DNA from: Octopus sinensis
Taxonomy: Eukaryota
Assembly (NCBI RefSeq): GCF_006345805.1
Contig: NC_043005.1
Location: 30,690,001 to 30,754,000, forward strand
DNA: 64,000 nt
Reading direction: 5' to 3'
Every line of letters starts with the position of its first letter. Within the stretch, counting starts at the first letter, position 1. Position numbers and translations under genes: made by a program. The notes beneath the pieces are model-generated. The model made no database searches. It was not told the origin of the DNA and was given only the letters and a program-made list of their open reading frames with translations. This document shows, piece after piece, positions 50,327 to 62,888 of this stretch.

Positions 50327-52674
50327 CTGAGCTGGGTGTAAGTCCGTTAATCTCTGTTAATCGTTAATTAATGAAGTTAATATTTTCATTAATGATTTAA
50401 ATTTCAAGTTAAACTTTGAAAACCATTATCAGAGTAATTAACTTCCGTTACATTTAGCTTCCATTAACTCAAGTCCATCAACCCAAAAATTTCATAAAAA
50501 CTGGTAGATGTTTAAAAGTTTCTATTGTTTTTAGGTTGTCTTAGAAAAGATGCATTAAGAATTTCAATTTTAGTGTTTATCCATAATGTTATTGCTTTTA
50601 CACCTGTTAATTAAATTTACTAGCCCATAAAAGTCAAACTTACTCAGCAAGATCAGCTAAACTTACATAACTATAAACCAGTCATATATAAAGCACCCAC
50701 CGACAGAATTTCAAATCTGTATGTAAAAAATTTACCAAGTTACAAGCAAATATTTTGGACACCATTCTTGAACCTGAATAATTCAAAATAATGTGAACAA
50801 ATAAGCATTACTTTTGACAGATTAAAATGGACACTAAAGATGTTTTAAGTGTTTTTTTCTTACACACACACACATAACACAGCCTCTCTCGGTTGGGAGT
50901 AGATATATGTTACTTTGACATCATCATTCCATAAAATTTGTTTATGGGAAGAAAAATATTCAAAATTATCAATACATGTGTGAGTGAGAAAGAAACGAGG
51001 AGGGAGATTTTAGGATGTGCTAGAAACAACAGCCAGATCTCCCTTAAATCACACATTTTCCTCTGAAATTATAAACAATATTCTTTTTAAACTGAAAATG
51101 TTTCTCTCATGGGTTTTAAGTGTGTAGTGAAAAAAAAAATGGCCGAAATGATTCAGACTGAAGTGGTGAGGGGGTGGCGAGAGTGAAAACAAAAAAACTT
51201 CAAAATTCTTTTCATTTTTTTTCTTGGAAAGATGCCTCTCATCATTCTGAAGACTTTGGTGAGAAACATTGAAAAATTCCCCGTCAAAACAGAGAAATTC
51301 CAACTTATGTGGGCCATCTGATCTGAAACTCCATTTCCAGAAAATCCCCCCCACACCCCCTTCCAAAACTTTTGCTTACATTGCAATCGTAATCTACACT
51401 GTTTGAAAGGTATTTGTATAAGATTTCATTAAAAAATGCCAATTTCCCAAAAAGTTTTTGAGGGGGAAAATGAATTTTTTGAAACTCCTCCTCCCAACCC
51501 CTCAGAAAATCTTTTTCCAAAAAATCCTTATATACACTCAATCTACAGGATATAAGCAATTATTTCGTGAAAGTTTCATTAAAAAGTATCCATTTTTCTA
51601 GAAGTTAATAGGCAGCAAAGTAGATGGGGTATTAAACTGTAGATAAGTTTTTTTTCAATGCATTTTAACGTTAGTGGATTAACATTAACCCTTTCGTTAC
51701 TATATTTCTGACCAAAATACACCCCTCATGAGTTTCAATTAAATTCTAAAATAATCATGAATCTAGGCTTGTTTCATTAAATAACTGTAACTTTTTTACT
51801 TATCAACATATTAATGTGATATTTGGAACATAATTAAAGAAAGGGTTCTTAATCAATTCTATTGCATAACTTTTGTCTCAAAGTGACTTTAATTACAGGT
51901 AAATCCAGGTAAATTGAGCAAAAGGTAAAAATATTAAAATTTTGTTTAAACATCACCATAGAAAATGAATCATCAGCTAATATTCAAATGGGTATGCAAC
52001 AAAATTTGATAAAGAAGAATTGTGCACATCACTATATCATCAGTTGAATTTAATGCATAACAGGTGTACCATAAAGGTGGAATAAAGTGAAATACTAGAA
52101 TTCACCGCAAGTTTGACTGAACTAAAGAAATCGGTCAAAAAATAATATATGGCCCTGGTTATGGTATGGAAGTGATAAATTCCAGACCATATCATTCCCT
52201 AGGCCATGCTGACTAACATTATTTTCCTTGTATAAAAACTAAATCCACGCAGTACCCAGTATTTGCTTCACAAATTTTCCAATTCAGAATCAATGCTTCA
52301 TAACATGAAACTCCAATCCATTTTCAAAGTTGAAGAAAAATCGATGCTGAAAAAAAATGTGGAAAAAAATCTCCCAAAATTCAGGGAATTAAAATTACAT
52401 GTTGATCGTTGTACAAAACTGTAGATGAACTGTTTACGAAGTATAATCACGTGTTTTCACGAATGTACTAAAGAGATTTGCTCTGATATTCTCATTTAAA
52501 TATGAATAGGTAAATTCGGGCGGCTTTGGGTGGTTTGGTCACATTAACCAAAATTTTTTTCGGGCGGCTTTGGGCGGTTTGGTAACGAAAGGGTTAACTT
52601 TTGTTACATTTTCAAAGAATTAACGGATTAGCGATTAACAAAGTTGACTTTTTGATTCCCAGTGCCCACCTCTG
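50327..52674. mobile_element. probable hAT-like non-autonomous element hosting nested insertions
   Basis: Right end TGCCCACCTCTG, degenerate left end CTGAGCTGGGTG, GTTAATCG/CGATTAAC subterminal motifs at both ends. Confidence 0.5.
51689..52593. mobile_element. piggyBac-type non-autonomous element
   Basis: TTAA|CCCTTTCGTTAC ... GTAACGAAAGGG|TTAA (perfect 12-bp TIR, TTAA duplication). Confidence 0.92.
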
Positions 52675-52712
52675 TATATGTATACATGTATATATGTATG
52701 TATGTATATATA

Positions 52713-52990
52713 TCATCATCATCATCATCATCGTTTAACATCCGCTTTCCATGCTAGCATGGGTTGGACAATTTGACTGAGGACTGGCGAACCAGATGGC
52801 TGCACCAGGCTCCAATATTGATCTAGCAGAGTTTCTACAGCTGGATGTCCTTCCTAACGCCAACCACTCTTATAGTGTAGTGGGTTCTTTTACATGCCAC
52901 TGGCACCGGGGGGGGGGCAGTCAGGCAGTACTGGCAACGACCTCGCTCGAATGTTTTTTTCACGTAATGGGATCCCTCAGTTGTTGGCAT
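52713..52990 (-). mobile_element. RTE-tail repeat
   Basis: CATCATCGTTTAACATCCGCTTTCCATGCTAGCATGGG. Confidence 0.85.
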
Positions 52991-53046
52991 TGAACTGTCA
53001 TCCTTTCTCTGAGGGTAAGTCTCCTTCAATGTACTCGCAACCCATA

Positions 53047-53536
53047 AAATAATAAAAAGCAAAAGACAACCCAAATCCCTAAAAAAACCTACTCACCAAT
53101 GCAAAATTACCCAACACAAGTCCACCGCCCACCGTCAAAAAATGTGGTCGTTCCAACTGCAGGACTTGCATCCACCTCATTGAAGGAACAATGTACAAAT
53201 TCCAGGCGGGACACACTTTTGTCATAAAAAATAGCTTCACCTGTACACCAAAGAATTTACTCTATCCCATAAGGTGTGAAGGGTGCCACAAAGATTACAT
53301 AGGGCAAACGAGCCTTACCCTCAGAGAAAGGATGACAGGTTCACCGCCAACAACTGAGGGATCCTACCATAAGACAGATACCACTTAGTGGGCATTTAGA
53401 TCTCTGTACACACAAGTCCCCCAAATTCCTAGTTTTCCCACTATACCAATGCCCGGACAACACCACTAACCAAACACAAATAAATAGGGAAAATAATCTT
53501 ATTCAAAAATACAGACCACAACTCATCATACTTTAA
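53047..53536 (+). mobile_element. PLE ORF 3' end (Cys linker plus GIY-YIG endonuclease), two frameshifts; 3' UTR to about 54450
   Basis: KRQPKSLK/NLLTNAKL..KCGRSNCRTCIHL..FTCTPKNLLYPIRCEGCHKDYIGQTSLTLRERM/HRQQL..RENNLIQKYRPQL. Confidence 0.9.
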
Positions 53537-54642
53537 CATATCCCCCCCCCCAAGTACACATCCAAAACAAACACACACAGAAACACATACAGGTATACAA
53601 AATCATACACACACACAAACAATGCAAACCTTCAACGCAAATACACACACACGTACAAACAATATCCCCACACTAGAGCACAAACCCACACACATTCCAA
53701 GAAAAAACACATACATATATACACTTGCAATATGATTCTAGCAACTATAACCAACACTCACACACACATATACACATATGTAAACACGTACATGCACACA
53801 ACTATACCTTAGAATAACACAAATACACACGCAAATATGAAAAATGATACATTCAAGAGATTACCAAGAATGAATTAAAAAACAATCCCAATCACTGCTA
53901 TAATCCACAACGAATCACTTTTAGGTCCCTTGACCATTTAACATCCTGCTACTATCGTACCACTTGCATTCCTTTATTATTCTCTCTTCTCTTTCCCATT
54001 CTTCTTCATCTTCTTCCTCTCCACCATCTCCTTCCTTACTTTACTACTATTGCTGTTTAGAATAACACCTATGCAAATTTTATAAACAAAACATTCAAAA
54101 GAGATGTCTCAAGAATTCAATCACTACTACCATCCACAACAAGTCACTTTCAGGGCACTTGACCATTTAACATCCTACTACTATCATGACACTCCTGCAT
54201 CATCATCATCCTCTTTCTCCTCCTCCTCCTCCTCCTCCTCCTTCTTCTTCTTCTTCTTCTCTGCCAATGATTCACAACGACCTCAAACCCACAAGAGTAA
54301 ACAAGAGAGACAGAGACAGACAGAAACAAGGAAAATGCCCCTTGTATTTGAATACTACGCAAATATTCTTTTAAAAAACTTACCTTTTAATTTTTCCAAA
54401 ATTTAACTATTTTCCATACTTACAGTTGAAAAAGTCTCAATGACTGAAACCAGTACTGAAATGTGTTTTTATAAAACTATTTTAGCATTTTCTACCTTGA
54501 CTTTTTTTTCCATATATATCAACCCATGTGTTCCTTTTCAACCTTATATATATATATATATATATATATCCTGGAACTCCATCAATTATGACAACAAGGG
54601 CTCCAGTTTTTTCCATATATAACATATATATGTTCCTTTTCA

Positions 54643-54679
<37 letters not shown>

Positions 54680-54694
54680 TGGAACTCCATCAAT

Positions 54695-55000
54695 TATGAC
54701 AACAAGGGTTCCAGTTGAGCTGTTCAATTGAACAGCTCACTCGTGAAATTAACATGCAAGTGGCTGAGCACTCCACAGACACACATCCCCTTCATCTAGA
54801 TTCTCAGGGAGATTCAGCTTGACACAAAATGTGACATAGCTGGCCCTTTTTGAATTACAGGTACAACTCGTTTTCAGCAGCTGAGTGGACTGAAGCAATG
54901 TGAAATAAAGTCTCTTGCTCAAGGAGACAATGTGCTGCTGGGAATCAAATTCACAGCCTTACTCTTATGTGGCAAATACCTCTAACCACTAAACCGCACA
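54695..55000 (-). mobile_element. SINE family D variant
   Basis: Shares GTGAAATTAACATGCAAGTGGCTGAGCACTCCACAGACAC with 22893-23271. Confidence 0.8.
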
Positions 55001-55142
55001 CACACACACACATAAATATATAGGTTAAAACAGTAAGAAAAGACAAACGATTAGGCAAGGCAGGACAAGGACATCCTGATAAAAACTCCTCATATCCTAT
55101 ATATATATATATTAATTTATATATATTATATATATTAATTAT

Positions 55143-55216
<74 letters not shown>

Positions 55217-55254
55217 ATAAATTAATATATATATATATTAATTTATTTATATAT

Positions 55255-57575
55255 TTCATCATCATCGTTTAACGTCCATTTTCCATGGTAGCATGGGTTT
55301 GACGGTTCAACCGGGGTCTAGAAACCAGGTGGCTGTGCCAGGCTCCAGTCTGACCTGGCAGTGTTATTACAGCTGGATGCCCTTCCTAACGCCAACCACT
55401 CCGTGAGTGTAGTGGGTGCTTTTTACGTGCCACTGGCACAGGGGCCAGAGGAGGCTGGCAAACAGCCATGATCGGTTGGTGCTTTTTATGTGTCACTGAC
55501 ACGGACGCCAGTCAGGTGGCACTGGCATCAGCCACGTTCGGATGGTGCTTTTTACATGCCACCGGCATGGGTATCTTAACTACAATTTCCATTTGATTTT
55601 TATTTTGATGTTGGTGTTGACATACATGATTCAATAGGTCTCCTCGAGCACAGCAGGTCACTCTACGGTCCAAGGTTAGCACACGAGGCCATCCTGTAAG
55701 CCATGAACTCACTTTCTTTGTCGGGCCTTTGCAGTCACAGCATATCTCAAAGATCTCGGTCTTTCATCATTTCCTCTGTGAGACCCAACGTGCCACCGGC
55801 ACGGGTATCACAACTACAATATCCAATATTGATTTTTATTTTGATGTTGATGTACTTGACTCAATAGGTCTCCTGAAGCACAGCAGGTCACCCTATTTCT
55901 TTCGAGCCTACGCATGTCCTCCGCAGTCACAGCCCATGTATCACTGCCATGAAGCATGGCAGTTCACACACATGCATCGTACAATCTACCTTTGACTCTG
56001 AGCGAGAGACCCTTTGTCGCCAGTAGAGGAAGAAGCTTTCTAAACTTTGCCCAGGCATCCACCCCCACTACTAACTTGGTCACCTAGGTAGAAGAAACTA
56101 TCAACTACTTCTAGTTTCTTCCCCTGGAGTGTAATGGAATCTGTTTTCTGAGTATCTGTGGTGTCTATTGTCCCTGTGCATCTGCTGCACATGAAAGCTA
56201 TCTTCTTGGTTAATTTTCCTTTGATATTGCTGCACCTCTTATGTGTCCATAGCTTACACTGGGTACATCTTATGGAGCTTCTACCTACACCTTTTCTACA
56301 GATCGAGCAGAGCCACCTACCTAAGGGTGTGTGTCGTGAGTTTGCCTTCCTACTTACTAGAACTTTGGTCTTTGCTACATTGACTTTAAGGCCTTTTGAT
56401 TCTAAACCTAGCTTCCACACACGAAATTTCTTTTCTAGTTCCAGTAGTGATTCTGCTATGAGGGCCAGGTCATCAGCATAGAGGAGCTCCCAGGGGCAAC
56501 ACATCTCGAATTCCTCTGTTATTGCCTGGTGGACTATGATGAATAAAAGGGGACAGAGGGCTGAACCTTGGTGGACGCCTACTTCTACTTGGAGTTCTTC
56601 ACTGTACTCATTGCCAATCCTAACCTTACTAACAGTCTCTCATTCGTCAATCTCCAGATTCCACATCGCCCACCAGATAAGGGATCGGGGGACCCTGTCA
56701 AAAGCTTTCTCCATGTCAACGAAAGCCAGGTACAGGGGCTTATCTTTGGCTAGGTATTTCTCCTGCAGCTCTCTTACCAGGAATATAGCATCAGTAGTAC
56801 TTTTCCCCCAAACTGTATCTCATCCAAGCTGACTCTCTCCCTAATGAGATGGGCTATGACCCTCTCCATGACCTTCATCACCTGATCCAGCAGTTTGATA
56901 CCCCTGCAGTTATTTCTATCTAGAGCATCACCTTTACACTTGTAGCAATTGACTATGGTGCTGCTACGCCAGTCGTTGGGTATGACTCCATCATGAACTA
57001 CCTGGTTTACAATGCGGGTGACTAGGCCATAGCCCACACTATCAGATGTTTTAAGCATCTCAGCAGTGATTCCTGATAGACCGGGGGCTTTTCCTGGCTT
57101 CATACCCTTAATTACTTTATCAACTAGGGAGCTGTCTATACGGTCCTTCTACTGGGTCAACATTTGGCAGGCTCTCCTCCTTCCATTCATTCTCCACATT
57201 CAGCAGTCTTTCATAATGGCTTATCCAAGCCTATTTCTTTTCAGAATCATTAAAAGCAAGTGCACCATCATCCATACGGACATTTTTCTCTCCTGTGACA
57301 TCACAATTTTCTCTCACACACTGTGTTGCAATCTGAAATACCTCAGTTCTTTGGTCCTCACGTCGCTGGACATTGGCAAACTTCTTCTTTTCCGCTTTGC
57401 TCTTGGCTCTGTATACCTGCTGCCCAGCCCCCCTTTCGCTACCTGGTATAGTTCCCTGCTAACCCAACTCTTCCAAGCTTTCCAGGCCTGTTTCTTTGCC
57501 CTAATGGCTTTGTCTACTGTACCATTCCACCACCACATAACTCTAGGTTTGGAAGGGACTTTGCACCAGCCACAG
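55255..57575 (-). mobile_element. RTE-clade LINE, 5'-truncated, frameshifted RT plus 3' UTR and (GAT)n tail
   Basis: WWWNGTVDKAIRAKK, MKPGKAPG..AEMLK..DWRSSTIVNCYK..RGIKLL, LLYADDLAL, GLKVNVAKTKV; about 100-bp direct repeats in the UTR (55558-55661, 55792-55891). Confidence 0.93.
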
Positions 57576-57635
57576 ACTTATATATACATATTAATTTATG
57601 TATATATTTATATATAATATATTAATTTATATATA

Positions 57636-57668
<33 letters not shown>

Positions 57669-57672
<4 letters not shown>

Positions 57673-58236
57673 GTTATCGCCATACTAATATGGCATTCTT
57701 ATAAAAATAAGAAAAAAGCTGTCCGCTTATTAGCTCCATGAGGCCATCGCCTTAAGTTAGCTATTTGATACACAAACTGTATCCATATAACCTTCGAACA
57801 AGGGAGGTCAGTTGCTCCACATTACTTGACCGGCAGCTACAGACGCGTTTCAGAGTATTGCCCCTTTTCAATGCAGCGTAGCCAGCCAGTAGGTGTCGCT
57901 TCCGACAATCTCTGTTCGATGGTTTTATTTACCTAGTTTCGGTGGAATACATCCACTTGTTTTCAATAATAGAAATATTAAAATAACTAAGTCTCTCTAA
58001 AAGAGAACAGCGGCAGCATTCCCGGAAAATAATAGTTATCGCCATACTAATATATGGATACAGTTTGTGTATCAATAGCTAACTTAAGGCGATGGCCTCA
58101 TGGAGCTAATAAGCGGACGGCTTTTTTCTTATTTTTATAAGAATGCCATATTAGTATGGCGATAACTATTATTTTCCGGGAACGCTGCCGCTGTTCTCTT
58201 TTAGAGAGACTTAGTTATTTTAATATTTCTATTATT
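57669..58236. mobile_element. PLE terminal-repeat unit in permuted tandem plus inverted copy; degenerate hammerhead at 57836-57877 (-)
   Basis: A 57669-57789 vs reverse complement 58051-58170; B 57965-58052 vs reverse complement 58148-58236; minus strand GCTGCA-TTGAAAA-GGGGCAATACTCT-GAAA-CGCG-TC-TGTAGC. Confidence 0.8.
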
Positions 58237-58316
58237 ATATATATATATATAATATATATATTATATATATATATATATATATACTTTATTTAAAGCAGCA
58301 GAAAATTCAACAAAAT

Positions 58317-58354
58317 CTGTTACTCTGAGTTTCTCGTTGCCGTTCATCAGACAG
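58317..58354 (-). ncRNA. type-I minimal hammerhead (inverted copy)
   Basis: Exact reverse complement of 59986-60023. Confidence 0.8.
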
Positions 58355-59985
58355 TTTTTGCTAGAATGGAACCGATATATCAATTCAATCCAGACTCTTA
58401 CAAACGCTATACCTTTAAAAAAATGGACTTGTTTGATTGGCCCTTTAGAAATAACGGTCAATCTTCAAGCGATAAACAAAAAATGAGCTCAAAAATATAT
58501 GTAAACCACGATTTTATTCACATAAAAATTCATTTAGATACCCAGAGAATAGGAAGAGGACCAGCCTAGCAAAATATGTCTGGGAACTAAAAGAAAAGGA
58601 AACCCCACCTTTCAACGTGACATGGAGCATTCTGGACAGAGCGGCACCATACAGGCATGGAGCACACAGAAATAATTTTAAATGCAAGCTTTGCCTGTTA
58701 GAGAAACTGTATATTTTATTCAAAATTCATTTAGATACCCAGAGAATCAAAGAAGTGAGCTAATGAACTTATGTAGACACGCAACCAAATTTTAAATGTC
58801 AAATATAAATATACCATATGGATAGAGTATATATTTTGTATTTTTGATTTTTGAAATTTTGATTTTGACTCTTGGACTAGTATGTAAACGCGACGATGGA
58901 TTTGTTTCGTGCTATGCAGATTTCATTCCGTATAGCAAAGTCTCATGCATATATTTTGTTTATTTTGTTTATATTTCTACATGTACATTAGGAAAAACCT
59001 TCGGCTTTGTTTATTTCATGTTATTGTATTGTATAGGATTACCTTGATTTTTAATTTATAGATGATCCAAAATAGGGTGTTATATTTTATATGTCTTTCG
59101 TATATTTTTCATTATTGCACTCACCTTTTTTTTAAAAAGCAATGTTGTCAAAAATTAGAATTTTGATGTAAATATGTGTATAGCCATGGATATGTATTTG
59201 TAAGCATGCGTCTCTGTGTATGTGTAAGTGAGCATATGTTTGTGCTTAAGCACACACATACATGACTGTATATGCATGTATCCATTCGAACTTGTGTATT
59301 TGTATACTTGTCTCCATATATGTCAATAACGTGGTTACACAGCTTGTATATATAATTTTTCTTATTTCGTTTTTTTCCCCACCCCTCCTTTTTATTTTTT
59401 CCTTCCCCCTTCTTCGTTCCTTTTTCTCTCTCTTCCTTTCTTTCGTTTTTTTCTCTCTAACTGATACTGATACAACTTTACGTCCCCCTTACTTAAGCTT
59501 TACTCCGTAAATAAGAAACGCTACATTAGCATCGATGATTTTAACTTGCGTGTGAGATAGATTGCGTACATATATGTATGCATGCATTTGTGTGTATATT
59601 TTAGATTTATATTTATACGTCTGTATATGTATGGCGTTTGCACGCATCCTTCTGTGTATGTTGATATATATATATGTACACTTTAATATGAATATGTATT
59701 GCAGTGAAATATTTATAATGCGTTTTAATTTCCATGCATTAATTATATTTTCTTCATTAACGTCAATATGTATTTTATTCAATGTAAGGTTTTTTCCTCG
59801 AATTTTATAATTTTTATAATTTTTTTTTTATATATATACATATATTTTTGAGCTCATTTTTTGTTTATTGCTCGAAGATTGACCGTTATTTCTAAAGGGC
59901 CAATCAAACAAGTCCATTTTTTTAAAGGTATAGCGTTTGTAAGAGTCTGGATTGAATTGATATATCGGTTCCATTCTAGCAAAAA

Positions 59986-60023
59986 CTGTCTGATGAACGG
60001 CAACGAGAAACTCAGAGTAACAG
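59986..60023 (+). ncRNA. type-I minimal hammerhead
   Basis: CTGT-CTGATGA-A CG GCAA CG A-GAAA-CTCAGAG-TA-ACAG; GUA triplet. Confidence 0.8.
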
Positions 60024-60771
60024 ATTTTGTTGAATTTTCTGCTGCTTTAAATAAAGCATATTACTCTACCACTGGTATTTGAGTACTCTTTTTTCCACCT
60101 TGTTTCACATTTATGTGTTTACTCCGGTATATATATATATATTAATTTCTGATATGTAAGACTGATAAGGTTTTAGGTTTCAACCTAAATTGGAATATCA
60201 ATTCATATTTATCATTGATGTAAGTCTTCTGTTGACTTAGTGGTAGGATGCATGTACAAGATTTGAGCATGTTGTGCATTAGCGTCCTATTTAAAGCAAT
60301 ATGAAGCTAAGAACTTCTCTCATTTATAGAGATATTTATTATCCCCAGGTGGAAATGATATTATGTGGAAGGTCTTCCCCAGACCAGGAGAGCAAGTCTT
60401 GCAACACAGATATGTAGTTGCTATGATACTAATCAAGACAAAGCATCGAAATTGATTTTTTTTTCATTTGCCAACACTACACTTGTACAAAATATGTATA
60501 TACGTATGTATGTATGTATGTATGTATGTATGTATGTATGTATGTATGTATGTATGTATGTATGTATGTATGCATGTATGTATGCATGTGTGTATGTATG
60601 TATGTATATATATATATATGTATGTATGCATTGATGTATGTATTTATGTTTGTAGGTATGGAATATATATATACATATATATATATACATACACATATGC
60701 ATACATACACATATGAGTTTGTATATATATGTAGATCTATATATACATACATACATTTATCTATGTATATG

Positions 60772-60838
<67 letters not shown>

Positions 60839-60892
60839 GTGTGTGTTGTGTGTGTGTGTGTATGGATATAATGTATATATAGTTATACGTAT

Positions 60893-60931
<39 letters not shown>

Positions 60932-61449
60932 CACATACATACTCCTATGTGTATGTATGTATGTATGTACTGATATTATCAGTACAATCAGCAGCAGCAG
61001 AAATCTTTTTTCTGACTAATTTGGATATTGAATTTTGATAAGCAGAGCAAGATGAGAAGAAAAATGCACTTATGATAAAAGAGGGTTCTGTTCGAATCTA
61101 TATAGTTCTCACTTCCCTCAATAGAAATCAATTGAATTATGTTGATTGAACTGTTGGCTTACAGCAATGTTGTTAACGAATGTGTTACTGACGTGTCGTT
61201 ACTCTAGCTTCTTGACTTAAACCTCTCCTAATTGAGTGATCATACGATTAATGCAGTGTATGAGTTAATGCCCAGCTTAGATGTTGGGGAGGAGAAATAA
61301 AGTTAGAATCAGTTTAAGTCAACAAGCTAATTGCAACTGTTAATTGAGCCCATTGTAATTCATCTAGGTCACTAATACTCTTGGAAAAAACATATGATTA
61401 ATATATACTCTAATTTTCATATAGATTAATGTACTTATACACATAAACA

Positions 61450-61900
61450 TGGGACCAGTGAAAAGGAAAATATGAAGGCACTTGACCATAACAAATGATG
61501 AAGACAAATGTATTCTCTACAAGTAAAGGTAGAGATGATCAAGCAAGCACATGAAAGTGGAAACTTCACTGCTGTGGCTCGTAAGTTCCATTTACTAAGT
61601 GCATCAAGATGATTCATTTATCACTGATTCGTTTATCACTGTCTTTGTTTGGAACTAAATGCTCATAATAAGCAAGGAGAGATGTATTAGGTAAGGGATT
61701 TGGCTAAAGAAATCTTTAATATGAGACTTTTTATTAATTTTTTTATTAATTTTAAATGGCTTAATTAGGAGAGGAAGGTCAGCTACCATGTCCCCATGTC
61801 CCAAATATCGGTAGAAGAAGAAATTATCAATTATCAACAACAGGAGCAGCTTTGGTGATCAATGCTTCTGAAACAAACCTACATGCAGTGAAAAGATATC
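61450..61900 (+). pseudogene. pogo/CENP-B-like N-terminal HTH remnant
   Basis: SLQVKVEMIKQAHESGNFTAVARKFHL (psq-type HTH pattern), then stops. Confidence 0.5.
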
Positions 61901-62459
61901 TAACTGAATGCTAAAAAAATAGATCCATGAGCTCAGCTCTGTAGTACAAATATCTTGTTTTCACAAGTTTTGAATTAAAATCTTCCACCAAACCTTAGTT
62001 ACCATTCATGTTCCTAACACTAACTGAATGATAACTAAGTTATTTTACTAAATTCTTTGTTATATCTAAAATTAATTGGAAGAAACACAGAGCTTCTCAA
62101 AATAAGCACAGTAACGAAAGAGTTATTCAAGAAATACATGACATTTTTCACCATGCAGCAGATGGCTAGTTGTACGATAACAATGACGGTTTGTTTTTAT
62201 TACTTTTACTGTAGGTTGTTCAAGGTGTTTGTGAAGGTTGGGAAACAAAAGAGAAACAAAATGTTTGTCAATGAATGAGACTTTATATGATTTGACAAAG
62301 AAAACTTGTACTTGACACAGAAACCAGTAATGAAATCAATAAACATTTTATGTAATCTATAGGATACTGCCTCAAATTATTTCCTCTTTACTTTTACTAA
62401 CACTTTTTAACAAACCTTTGTTACAATGCAATGCCTGCAACCCATTTTTAATGACCATA

Positions 62460-62702
62460 TGAAGGTCAGCTTGAAAAGTTCAAAGGCTGACCAAGATACT
62501 CTCATGGAATATGACCAAATGAGGTTTATTTTTCAACATAGTCCCCTTCGCATTCCACACACTTCTTCATTGGTCTTGAAGCGCTTGGATTCCATTGGTG
62601 AAGAAGCTTTCATCCTGTTCATCAAAAAAGTCATCAACAGCAGATATGACATCATCATCACTGTGATACTGGTTCCCAACTAAGTGCTTTTTCATGTTGA
62701 GG
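62460..62702 (-). mobile_element. mariner 3' end with TIR
   Basis: TA|TGAAGGTCAGCTTGAAAAGTTC TIR-like end; TAGTCCCCTTCG motif shared with the 3' end of the 26949 mariner. Confidence 0.65.
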
Positions 62703-62747
62703 AATATATATCATCATCATCATCGTTTAACGTCCGCTTGATGATGA

Positions 62748-62817
<70 letters not shown>

Positions 62818-62888
62818 AAATTGAGCACAAACACCCTGCTGAAATGAATTAATAAGCCCACATATAACATCTAAGGGTATATCTTTTT

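Larger units (their letters stand above)
58284..60128 (+). mobile_element. 5'-truncated PLE: inverted partial terminal repeat, GIY-YIG C-terminus (58504-58788), 3' UTR, terminal repeat
   Basis: KPRFYSHKNSFRYPENRKRTSLAKYVWELK...WSILDRAAPY...CKLCLLEKLYIL...RSELMNLCRHATKF*; arms 58284-58503 and 59837-60056 about 99% identical. Confidence 0.9.

Noticed and set aside
54430-54470. Hammerhead-like CTCAATGA..GAAA
   Set aside because: Core too degenerate and no stem I pairing.
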